Source: Candidatus Latescibacterota bacterium
Lineage (GTDB): Bacteria; Latescibacterota; UBA2968; UBA8231
Assembly: GCA_965223905.1 (NCBI GenBank)
Contig: CBDCXV010000011.1
Location: 1,280,001 to 1,344,000 of the forward strand
Direction: 5' to 3'
DNA: 64,000 nucleotides
Below, one piece after another: positions 21,657 to 29,944 of this stretch. The notes below the pieces were generated by a model. It was not told the DNA's origin, did not search any database, and saw only the letters and a list, made by a program, of their open reading frames with translations. How positions within the stretch are numbered: position 1 is the stretch's first letter; the number at the start of each line of letters is the position of its first letter. Made by a program: the position numbers and the translations under genes.

Positions 21657-21911
21657 TTGATGAACGAATCAGCAATACGACTCCGTATCGAGCCTTTGGA
21701 TGAAGGAGGGTTTCTCGCCACGAGCCCTGACGTTCCAGGCTTGGTTGCACAAGGTCGCAGCGTCACTGAAGTCGCGGAGATAGCACAGGGGCTGGCACGA
21801 AAGATTGCAGAGTCGTGCATTGAACACGGCGACCCCCTGCCGCACGCATTGAGATCACACCCGAAGGATCACACCGAAATCGATCTGATGGTACCCGTCA
21901 GCGTTCCGTAA
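21657..21911 (+). CDS. hicB: HicB-like antitoxin
   Basis: Motif EPLDEGGFLATSPDVPGLVAQGRSVTE; GGAG RBS; TAATG coupling to the hicA relic. Confidence 0.8.
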   Translation: MMNESAIRLRIEPLDEGGFLATSPDVPGLVAQGRSVTEVAEIAQGLARKIAESCIEHGDPLPHALRSHPKDHTEIDLMVPVSVP

Positions 21912-21970
21912 TGGGACGACTCTCCGGGTTCAAGTATCGAGAAGTCGTTTGGCGCCTGCGATATTTTTAG
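21911..21970 (+). pseudogene. hicA: HicA toxin, truncated after 19 aa
   Basis: MGRLSGFKYREVVWRLRYF* resembles HicA N-termini; the catalytic GSH motif is absent downstream. Confidence 0.65.
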
Positions 21971-22092
21971 CACAAGCTTACCCTCCTGCGGTAGGCGCCT
22001 AAAAGAATCTTCAGCTTCGAATTGGCCAATGTGGCACCCATGCCGGACATGCGGGGGCGCCATTTCCAGGACATTGAAACTCTCCTGAATCC

Positions 22093-22248
22093 AGCGGCCA
22101 GGTTTTGTCCCCTTGCGAAAACCGGTCCACCCCGGCAACTGCCCGCCATTTCAACTTTACAGCAATTGTCTGCATTGCCATGCGGGGCAGACGATTGAGT
22201 CCTGTCAATGCGTAGCACTTAAAAAGCGGTCAGATTTTGTCCCCTTGC
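22093..22248. promoter_or_regulatory. Two 24-bp direct repeats AGCGGYCAGRTTTTGTCCCCTTGC flanking a hairpin, upstream of the Omp85 operon
   Basis: Copies at 22093-22116 and 22225-22248 (22/24 identical); inverted repeat CAATTGTCTGC/GCAGACGATTG at 22163-22197 lies between them. Confidence 0.55.
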
Positions 22249-22470
22249 ACTTTTTTCCGGCCCCCAGGTCGACTGCTCGCTTGTTTCAATTCTTTGGAAT
22301 CTTATGCATCCCATGCAGGTCAGACATGAACCCTGTCGATCTGAAGCACGCTGAATGGTGTCGGTCTATGAGCCGGCCTTTCTGATTTTACGGTTTCGAT
22401 CTCCAGATTGCGTTTGACGCGCCCCACGCGTCCTGACTAGGATACAGGCCATGCAAAAGGTGAACCCTGC

Positions 22471-23829
22471 ATGATAACCAAAGGTGTCACGATGCTTCGA
22501 TCCCTTTCCCTTGTCCTGGTGTTGACCGCACTGGCTGCGCCGGCTGTGGGGCAAACCGTCCCCACCGCAGCCGCGGAAACCGACACAACCGACGTCTACG
22601 AGACGCGGAACAACCACGTGCTCGCCTTTCCGAAGTACGTCTGGAACGCCCTGGTGTTCCCGCTCGGCAAGTTCACCATCTGGCTCGAACGGAAAGAGGT
22701 TCTCCAGCGGCTGATCGAGATGTTCACCTTCCAGGACATCTTCGAGCTGTATCCGAACGCGACCCTGGGTGGGGAAACCGGAACCGCCGGCGGATACGAG
22801 ATGTTTTACACCAATCTGTTCGGACGCGGAAAAGGGATCTCGACCAGCCTGATCGCCAACCGCTCCAACTACAGCTGGGTCGTCCTGTACGAGGACCCGG
22901 GGATCGGCGGCGGTCCCTGGTACTGGAACGCCTCTGTCGAAGCGCTGAAGACGGGTTATGAGGACGCCACCATAAACGGCGAGCTGCGTGGGTCGGGGTC
23001 CCTGCTCGAGCACGAACAGAGAGATACCAGGATTTCTTTTGGGCGCCGCTCCAACTACGGCGAGACCGAGGGGTACGAACCGGAAGCGGTTCTCGAGCTG
23101 CGGCTGTCCCACGGCTTCCGCGAGTTCGCGGCAGGCGATCTCCACCCCGGCGACTTTCCCGGCCTGAACGAGTCGGTCAACCTGTTCTCGGTCGGCGCCA
23201 TGGCGGCCTTCGACGACCGGGACTTCAAGCCGCCGGCCGCCTCGATCAGCCTTCCGCTGAACTACCAGCTGCCCGGGCGGGTCCTTCTTTTCGCCGACGA
23301 CCGCTACTACAGCTTTCGCGACACCGCCTTCCCCGAGCGCGGAGGGCTCGCCCGCATCGAGGCGGATTACGCAGCCGGCTCCGAGGACGTCCGGTATTTC
23401 CGTTACACAGCCGAGCTCCAGCGCTTCTTCACCCTGTTTTTCAGGAACCGCATCCTCGGGATCAGGGCGCGGCTCGAGAAGGCGCATGCCCTGGGAGACG
23501 TCAGCTTCATCCCCTATTCCGACATGCCCACTCTGGGCGGCGATGGGCAGTTGCGCGGGTACCGGCGCGGATTCTTTCGCGACACGGGCAGCCTGCTGTT
23601 CAGCGCCGAATACCGCTACCCGATCTGGGACACCTGGAACGCCGTCCTGTTCTGGGACGAAGGGCAGGTGTTCGGCAAGTACGGCGACCTCGAACCGGGC
23701 GGGTTCGAGTACAGCTACGGCGCCGGCATCAGCGTGCGCACGGAGCGTTCCTTCCTGTTCGGGGTGCGCATCGCCCGCAGCAAGGAGGAGAAGGCGTTGA
23801 CCGGCTTCTCGCTGGAAAAGGAGTTCTGA
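22471..23829 (+). CDS. Omp85/BamA-TamA superfamily outer-membrane beta-barrel without evident POTRA domains
   Basis: Signal peptide; LGGDGQLRGY (VRGF/Y lid-loop motif), SAEYRYPI, LFWDEGQV, SYGAGI; terminal Phe. Confidence 0.82.
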   Translation: MITKGVTMLRSLSLVLVLTALAAPAVGQTVPTAAAETDTTDVYETRNNHVLAFPKYVWNALVFPLGKFTIWLERKEVLQRLIEMFTFQDIFELYPNATLGGETGTAGGYEMFYTNLFGRGKGISTSLIANRSNYSWVVLYEDPGIGGGPWYWNASVEALKTGYEDATINGELRGSGSLLEHEQRDTRISFGRRSNYGETEGYEPEAVLELRLSHGFREFAAGDLHPGDFPGLNESVNLFSVGAMAAFDDRDFKPPAASISLPLNYQLPGRVLLFADDRYYSFRDTAFPERGGLARIEADYAAGSEDVRYFRYTAELQRFFTLFFRNRILGIRARLEKAHALGDVSFIPYSDMPTLGGDGQLRGYRRGFFRDTGSLLFSAEYRYPIWDTWNAVLFWDEGQVFGKYGDLEPGGFEYSYGAGISVRTERSFLFGVRIARSKEEKALTGFSLEKEF

Positions 23830-25505
23830 TGGGCTCTCGGCGAGTCGCCATGCTGCTGGTTCCTGTGCTGTTGCTGCCGATCGCCGGCATGGCCGCCCCG
23901 GAGCTGACCGCCGATCCCGTCAAGTGGTTCGACGCCGACAACAAGCCGGTCCCCGAGCCGGCCGAGGCCGAGGAGAACAAGGTCTGGGACTTCATTGACA
24001 AATCCTCCTTTTACCAGGTCGGCAAGGTGCTGGACCTGGGGTGGACCGCGCGTCGAGTCGGAGACCTCCTCGGCGTCGTCGGACCGCGCCAGGCCGACAA
24101 CGTCAACGCCCTCGACGAGGTCCCCAACTCCTCCTGGTTCACCAACCGGCACTTCCTGCTGCCGATGACCCTGGAAGAGCTGGCGGAAGGACCCGGTTTC
24201 GCCGAAGCCGACGACAGCGGCCCCTGGGAGATCGTCGCCGGCAAGTTCGAGGGGATCACCGCGGGTTTCACCATCAAGGACGCCTCGAAGCGGTACTTCC
24301 TGCTCAAGTTCGATTCCGAAGGGAACAACGAGATGGGATCCGGGGCCGAGGCGGTCGCCACCAAGGTGCTGTACGCGGCCGGCTACAACGTTCCCCACAA
24401 CTCCGTCCTCTACTTCGATCCCGGACAGCTGCAGATCGGACCGAAGGCCAGGGTGCCGGCGAAAGACGGCGGCAAGCGGCCGATGACCCCGAAGGACCTC
24501 CGGGAAATCCTCGCCCACATCACCCCGCAGCCCGACGGCACCCTGCGCTGCCTCGCCAGCCAGTTCCTCACGGGAAAACCGGTCGGCGTCTTCAACTACA
24601 ACGGGCGACGCAGGGACGACCCCAACGACCGGGTCGACCACGAGCACCGGCGCGAGCTGAGGGGGCTGCGCGTCATCGGCTCCTGGCTCAACGATGCCGA
24701 CCGCCGGGCGGCCAATACCCTGGACATGTACGTGACCGGGGCGGACGGCCGCCGCTACGTCCGCCACTACCTGATCGACATGGGCTCCGCCCTCGGCAGC
24801 GGCAGCTGGAGACCGCACCAGCCCAAGCACGGCAACGAGTACATGGTGGACCCGCGCACGATCTTGCGGTCGCTGGTATCGCTGGGGTTCTACATGAAGA
24901 AGTGGGAAGAGCCGGTGCCGATGCCGTACATCTCGCTCGGATACTTCGAGAACGAGACCTTCCGTCCCGGGGGCTGGGTGCCGGACTATCCCAACCCGGC
25001 GTTCGAACGCTGCACCAACCGGGACGGGTACTGGGGCGCCAAGATCGTCATGGGCTTCCGCGACGACGAAATCCGCGCCATGGTCGAGAGGGGGCGCTAC
25101 TCCGATCCGGGCGCCACCGCGGAGCTGACCCGGCTCCTGGCCGAACGCCGGGACATGATCGGGCGCTACTGGTTCGAGCGCGTCAACCCGCTGGATCGCT
25201 TTGAAGTGGAAGACAGCCGGCTTCGGTTCGTCGATCTCGCCGTGGAGGGGGAGCTGGTACCGCGCGAATCGCGGCAGTGGCGGTATGCCGTTGTCGATGC
25301 AGACGGGGACCGTATTGCGGAGCCGCGTGTTATATCCGAGCCGGTCATCCCGATCGGCGAGGAGGCGCGGGCGGGGCAGTTCTTCGGCTACCGGATCCGG
25401 AGCCGCAGCGGCGAGAGCGGGAAGTGGAGCAAGAAGACCACGGTGTTTCTATACAAGCACGAGGACGGCCGCCTGCAACTGGTGCGGATCGACCGGGAAG
25501 AGTGA
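23829..25505 (+). CDS. Exported protein with atypical kinase-like fold (HipA/PI3-4K/CotH-like motifs)
   Basis: Signal peptide (MLLVPVLLLPIAGMAA); GKFEGITAGF, YFLLKFD, GAEAVA, WLNDADRRAAN and YLIDMG in kinase order. TGATG coupling with the Omp85 gene. Confidence 0.6.
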   Translation: MGSRRVAMLLVPVLLLPIAGMAAPELTADPVKWFDADNKPVPEPAEAEENKVWDFIDKSSFYQVGKVLDLGWTARRVGDLLGVVGPRQADNVNALDEVPNSSWFTNRHFLLPMTLEELAEGPGFAEADDSGPWEIVAGKFEGITAGFTIKDASKRYFLLKFDSEGNNEMGSGAEAVATKVLYAAGYNVPHNSVLYFDPGQLQIGPKARVPAKDGGKRPMTPKDLREILAHITPQPDGTLRCLASQFLTGKPVGVFNYNGRRRDDPNDRVDHEHRRELRGLRVIGSWLNDADRRAANTLDMYVTGADGRRYVRHYLIDMGSALGSGSWRPHQPKHGNEYMVDPRTILRSLVSLGFYMKKWEEPVPMPYISLGYFENETFRPGGWVPDYPNPAFERCTNRDGYWGAKIVMGFRDDEIRAMVERGRYSDPGATAELTRLLAERRDMIGRYWFERVNPLDRFEVEDSRLRFVDLAVEGELVPRESRQWRYAVVDADGDRIAEPRVISEPVIPIGEEARAGQFFGYRIRSRSGESGKWSKKTTVFLYKHEDGRLQLVRIDREE

Positions 25506-25528
25506 GCGCAAGGAGAAAGGAATAGGGA

Positions 25529-26977
25529 ATGGACGTTCTGGGGTTCGAGTTTTTCCAGGGTTTCATGCATTACCTCGGCGTGCTGCAGTGGCCGCTGGTC
25601 GTCGTCTTCCTGCTGTTCATCGCCTGGCAGATACGGGGTTTCGCGCCGGAGGAGCGGCTGCAGACCGGCCTGATGTTTTCCTACTTCTTCCTGGTGATCA
25701 CGACCTTCTGGATCCTCAAGCCGATCAAGAAGGGGCTCTTCATCAGCTACTACAAAGAGGTCGGCGGCTTCGACCTGCTGGGCTGGTGGCAGTTCGACGC
25801 GGCGCAGGCCGAGCTGCTTGCCAAAGTCCTCAACATGGCGGTCGCCGCCGCGGCGGTCGCCGTCTTCACCCTTCTCGCCCGCTCCTTCCGTCGCCAGCAG
25901 CTCACCTTCATTCTGTCGGGCTTCTTCATTCTCTGTTACCTGGCCTACAGCTTCCTCCTCGACAATGCCGGCGGCGGCACCGTCTGGACCTTCTACCTGT
26001 TCGGCGACCTGTTCAGCACGTTGATGGTCGCCACCTTCTTCGCCTTCCTCAACGACAGCGTCGATCCTTCCTCCGCCAAGCGGCTCTACGGGCTGATCGG
26101 TCTCGGGGGGGTTTCGGGAGGTTTCTTCGGCAGCGCCGTCGTCGGCGTCAACGTCAAGAGCCTCAGCCCGGCGCTGTCCATGTGGTTGTGCCTGGCGATC
26201 GCCGTCGCCATCGCGCTTGTCGCCCTGGCCGCGGGCCGGGTAGTAAGCCGCAAGCTGGCGGCGCAGGAAACCGGGGGAAGCAAAGCGGAGGATGCATCCG
26301 ATTCTCAAGCCGCCCAGACTGAAGATCAGCCCCAGGGGAATCCGGCCTGGGAAGGTGCGCGGCTCGCCCTGCGCTCGCGGTATCTACTGTCGGTGGTGGC
26401 CATCGTCGGTCTCTACGAAATGGTCTCCACCATAATGGATTTCCAGTTCACCTCGACGGTGCTCCACTACCTCGACGGCCCGCAGATCGGAGAGCATTTC
26501 CCGCGCGTGTTCACGTTCACCAACATGGTCGCCCTCGTCGTTCAGCTGTTTCTCACCAGCTTCGTGATGACGCGGTTCGGTGTCGGCCCGGCGCTGCTGT
26601 TCCTTCCGGTTGCTGCCCTTCTGGGTTCGGCAGGATTCCTGATCGCCCCGGTGCTCCTCCTCGGGAGCCTGTTGAACACGACCGACAACGGCTTCAGCTA
26701 CTCGATCAACCAGTCGGCGAAGGAAGCCCTCTACGTTCCCACCACGCGGGACGAGAAGTACAAGGCCAAGGCTTTCATCGACATGTTCGTGCAGCGGTTC
26801 GCCAAGGCACTGGCCGTCGGCCTGAGTCTTTTGATTACGACCCTGTTTGCAGGGTATTCGAGCATTCGCTGGTTGTCGCTGGTGACCGCCGCCATCCTGT
26901 TGTTGTGGATCCTCGCCGCCCGTTACGCAGGCCGGAGTTTCCGCGAGAAGGAGGAGGGGGCTGCCGCGTCGGTGTGA
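25529..26977 (+). CDS. NTT/Tlc (ATP/ADP translocase, Npt1/Npt2-like) MFS transporter
   Basis: About 12 TMs; motifs WILKPIKKGLF, SAKRLYGLIGLGG, YSINQSAKEALYVP and KYKAKAFIDMFVQRFA. Confidence 0.82.
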   Translation: MDVLGFEFFQGFMHYLGVLQWPLVVVFLLFIAWQIRGFAPEERLQTGLMFSYFFLVITTFWILKPIKKGLFISYYKEVGGFDLLGWWQFDAAQAELLAKVLNMAVAAAAVAVFTLLARSFRRQQLTFILSGFFILCYLAYSFLLDNAGGGTVWTFYLFGDLFSTLMVATFFAFLNDSVDPSSAKRLYGLIGLGGVSGGFFGSAVVGVNVKSLSPALSMWLCLAIAVAIALVALAAGRVVSRKLAAQETGGSKAEDASDSQAAQTEDQPQGNPAWEGARLALRSRYLLSVVAIVGLYEMVSTIMDFQFTSTVLHYLDGPQIGEHFPRVFTFTNMVALVVQLFLTSFVMTRFGVGPALLFLPVAALLGSAGFLIAPVLLLGSLLNTTDNGFSYSINQSAKEALYVPTTRDEKYKAKAFIDMFVQRFAKALAVGLSLLITTLFAGYSSIRWLSLVTAAILLLWILAARYAGRSFREKEEGAAASV

Positions 26978-27061
26978 CAGACAGAAGAGACGAAACGGGA
27001 CCGAAGTCATTCAGTCCCCCGGCGGCCGTGTGACGCCGATCCTCGGGGTGCTCGCTTCTTT

Positions 27062-27277
27062 GGTCGGAACGAAGGGCACGACCGCTCGATCCGTATGACC
27101 TGCGGTCTAAGGCCGTCCAAAAGCTTAACTCCGATCCGGGCAGCACCTGGAATAGCCTCAGCTGAGAACTGGGCGCTGTCATTCCGCTAGGAACGGATGG
27201 CGGTGGCAAACCTGCGAGGCGACCGTCGCCTTGCCCCCCTGATCTATCGTTCGACCCTGGACCGTTGGTAAGGTCCA
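27062..27277 (+). ncRNA. Candidate structured RNA between convergent genes
   Basis: Nested pairings GGTCG/CGACC, AACGA/TCGTT, GGGCA/TGCCC, GCCGTCC/GGATGGC; a 12-bp helix 27139-27150/27169-27180; UAUGA..UCUAAG tetraloop-receptor-like motif. G-U pairs favour the + strand. No known family recognised. Confidence 0.4.
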
Positions 27278-27378
27278 TGTTCTGAGTCTAATGGCTGATT
27301 CTATCTATATTATCCCCCAAAATAAACCCAGGGGGATTCGGCGGCTCCTGGAGGATGCTCTGCAACTTAAGTGCCTGC

Positions 27379-28302
27379 TCAAACATGGACACCGGGGATC
27401 GATGGTTCTCCTGAGGGGTGTTCGAGCGAGAAATGGCGGTAGGCAAACTCTATCCGGTCGTTCTTGCCGAAGGCGTCGACGATTTTCCCCACGATCTCGC
27501 TGGAGATGCGTTCCCGCTCCACCGCAATGGACTTGTACCGCAGCCGCATCGTTATGCCGGAATGAAAGAATTCAGCACGGACGAACGGAGTCTCTCCGGT
27601 CTCCTCGATGATCTCCGGGGTCACCTCGGAGGCGCAGTCGATCAATGTCTGTTCCGACAGCCGGTATTCCGACTGATAGGAGATACGGACCGGAACCTCG
27701 TCGAGTATGTACTTGGCTTCCTGGGAAACTGCGTAGTTGGTGACCATCTGGTCGAACAGTACGGCATTGGGGATAAGAACCGCTCGATTGGATTTTTCTT
27801 CCCCGCCGATAGTCCCGCCCACTTCCCCCAGAAGAATATGGGTGGGACTTATGTCCAGCACGTCCCCCCGCACTCCCTGAAGTATGATCCGGTCGCCGAT
27901 CTGGAAGGGCCGTTTGATCATAACCATGAGCCAGGCGGCCACTCCGGTGACCGGCCGTTGGAGAGACCAGCCCAGGATCATGCTGAGGAAAGCAGCGCTT
28001 ATCCCCATGGCCGCGAATGAACCGGACAAGCTGACGACAATCAGAATGATCCCCGCCAAAAGAAAGGTGTACTTCAACAGGGAGTGGACCCGGTGGATCT
28101 GCACCTCCCGGCGATTCTGGGCTCGCATGGCTCCCAGGACCACACCCTTGACCGTTTTGTAGATGATATAAATGACGACAAGCGCCAAAGTTGCAGGCAG
28201 GAGGTATAGTATCACTTCAAGGATATCCCTCACCAGTTCAGGGACATGGTGGGAGACCCATCCCTCGGTGCTGTTCAGCCAGTCAGTTATTACCTGTGGC
28301 AT
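27379..28302 (-). CDS. mscS: Small-conductance mechanosensitive channel (MscS family)
   Basis: TM region, then RPFQIGDRI, GDVLDI and IPNAVLF. ATG 28302 is preceded by a purine-rich RBS. Confidence 0.85.
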   Translation of the reverse strand: MPQVITDWLNSTEGWVSHHVPELVRDILEVILYLLPATLALVVIYIIYKTVKGVVLGAMRAQNRREVQIHRVHSLLKYTFLLAGIILIVVSLSGSFAAMGISAAFLSMILGWSLQRPVTGVAAWLMVMIKRPFQIGDRIILQGVRGDVLDISPTHILLGEVGGTIGGEEKSNRAVLIPNAVLFDQMVTNYAVSQEAKYILDEVPVRISYQSEYRLSEQTLIDCASEVTPEIIEETGETPFVRAEFFHSGITMRLRYKSIAVERERISSEIVGKIVDAFGKNDRIEFAYRHFSLEHPSGEPSIPGVHV

Positions 28303-28697
28303 CGGTCGGTTCCTCTTTCCTCTTCCTTGGCGATGGTAAAATGCCTTTGGTACCTCGGTTTCATCGGGATGCCGCGCCAAAGGCATCCCGGTCCACGGCC
28401 GGTCCGGCTCCCCCCTTCCCTGACGCGCCGTCCGCGATCCTTTGATCAAAAAAGAAGCCTGTCATCTGCAAGCTATCCGGACAGAAAAGCGCGTCAACGC
28501 ACCCGGGGTTCTGGTTCCGTGCCCAGGAAGGCCGCTGGCTTTACCGACGATCCGGATGCTCACATCGAGACAATCCGGTGCCTGATCCCCTCAAGGGTAA
28601 ACCTGCCCATGCCCTGGCTACCATCCTCAACAGGGCTTCCGGTGAGTCGGGGCGGGATCCGCGTCTGTAGGGGAAGCGGCTTCGCTGGAATTAAAAG

Positions 28698-28761
28698 GGA
28701 CAGTAACTGTCCGCATTGAGATTTTTTTTTACATGCTGGACGCAACGGACACCCCCTGTCC
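28698..28761. promoter_or_regulatory. Two palindromic boxes GGACA-N5-TGTCC, putative WYL-regulator operator
   Basis: GGACAGTAACTGTCC (28698-28712) and GGACACCCCCTGTCC (28747-28761) directly upstream of the WYL gene, with a T9 tract between them. Confidence 0.6.
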
Positions 28762-28798
28762 CCTTGGAGCCCATCTTTATCGTCGGGAGGATGAAGCT

Positions 28799-29794
28799 AT
28801 GCTCATTGCCGATGCTATCCACAAGGCGGATCGACTCGAACAGATAAAGGTACTGTTCCGGCGGCGGCCCGAGGGGGTAGGGACCGGTGAAATCGCCCGG
28901 CTGTTGGGGGTCAGCCAACGGACCGCCCGGCGCTATGTGAAGGAGCTGTCGGAGCACGGACGGCTGCCGGTGTACCGGGAAGGCCGTGTCTGGAAGTTGG
29001 TGGAAGGCGGGCACATCGACCTGCTTCGCCTCCAGCTGAACCTCGACGAGGCCCTCTCGCTCTACCTGGCGGCGCGGATGCTGTCCGCCTACAGCGACAA
29101 GCACAATCCGCACGTGGTAGCATCCCTGCTCAAGCTCGCGGCAACCTTGCCCGACGCCATCGGGGCGCACGTCGAGCAGGCGGCCGTGGCGGTTTCCCAA
29201 AGACGGCTTGCCCCGGACTACATGAAAGTCCTCGAAGGTCTCACCCGGGCCTGGGCCGGCCGGCGGCAGGTACAGATCGTTTATCGCGATCCCATCACCG
29301 GGGCGCGCTCCGAGCGCCTGTTCGACCCCTTTTTCATCGAGCCTTCCTTCTTGGGCTATTCCTGCTACGTGTTCGGGTTCGATCACTTCCGCCGGGCGAT
29401 CCGCTCCTTCAAGGTCGAGCGGCTGGAAGAGGTCGAGGTGTTGGATTCCCGTTTCGAGCCGTTGCCGGATTTCGATCCCTACGACTACCTCAGGCACGCC
29501 TGGGGGATCAGGGGCGGCGACGAGGTGGTGGAGGTGAAATTGCGGTTTTCCATGAACGCGGTCTATCGGGTGAATGAATCCGACTGGCCGGGAGTGATCG
29601 CCCGGGAGGAAGACCGGGAGGGGCGTTGTACGCTGACGTTCCTGGTCAATCACGTTCTGGAAATCAAGTCCTGGATCAGGGCATGGGGACCCGAGTGCGA
29701 GGTGCTGGGCCCGGAGGAGTTGCGCCGGGAGATCGGGGAGGAGATGAAGGCGGCGACGGAACTGTATACGAACAACCCGGGAGTAGGGAGCTGA
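28799..29794 (+). CDS. wHTH-WYL-WCX transcriptional regulator
   Basis: HTH EIARLLGVSQRTARRY; WYL core with YVFG..RSFKVERL; WCX SWIRAWGPECEVLGPEELR; GGGAGG RBS. Confidence 0.9.
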   Translation: MLIADAIHKADRLEQIKVLFRRRPEGVGTGEIARLLGVSQRTARRYVKELSEHGRLPVYREGRVWKLVEGGHIDLLRLQLNLDEALSLYLAARMLSAYSDKHNPHVVASLLKLAATLPDAIGAHVEQAAVAVSQRRLAPDYMKVLEGLTRAWAGRRQVQIVYRDPITGARSERLFDPFFIEPSFLGYSCYVFGFDHFRRAIRSFKVERLEEVEVLDSRFEPLPDFDPYDYLRHAWGIRGGDEVVEVKLRFSMNAVYRVNESDWPGVIAREEDREGRCTLTFLVNHVLEIKSWIRAWGPECEVLGPEELRREIGEEMKAATELYTNNPGVGS

Positions 29795-29944
29795 AATCAG
29801 CGGCATGCGGCCTGGTAGCGCCCTCTCCCGAGAAATTGGTCGGCGATTCCGGATGGATACGGGATTCGGGTAAAACCTGATTGCTCCGCCGAGCCGGCAC
29901 CAGATGCCCCGTCAGGGTGCGTACCTACCTATAGGATAGACCAG

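Noticed and set aside
27042-27215. TPP or c-di-GMP-I riboswitch (GGGGTGC, CTGAGA, GGTCTAAG, GGCAAACC words)
   Set aside because: Motifs are in the wrong order or lack their partners, and no downstream gene lies on that strand; kept only as an unclassified RNA candidate.
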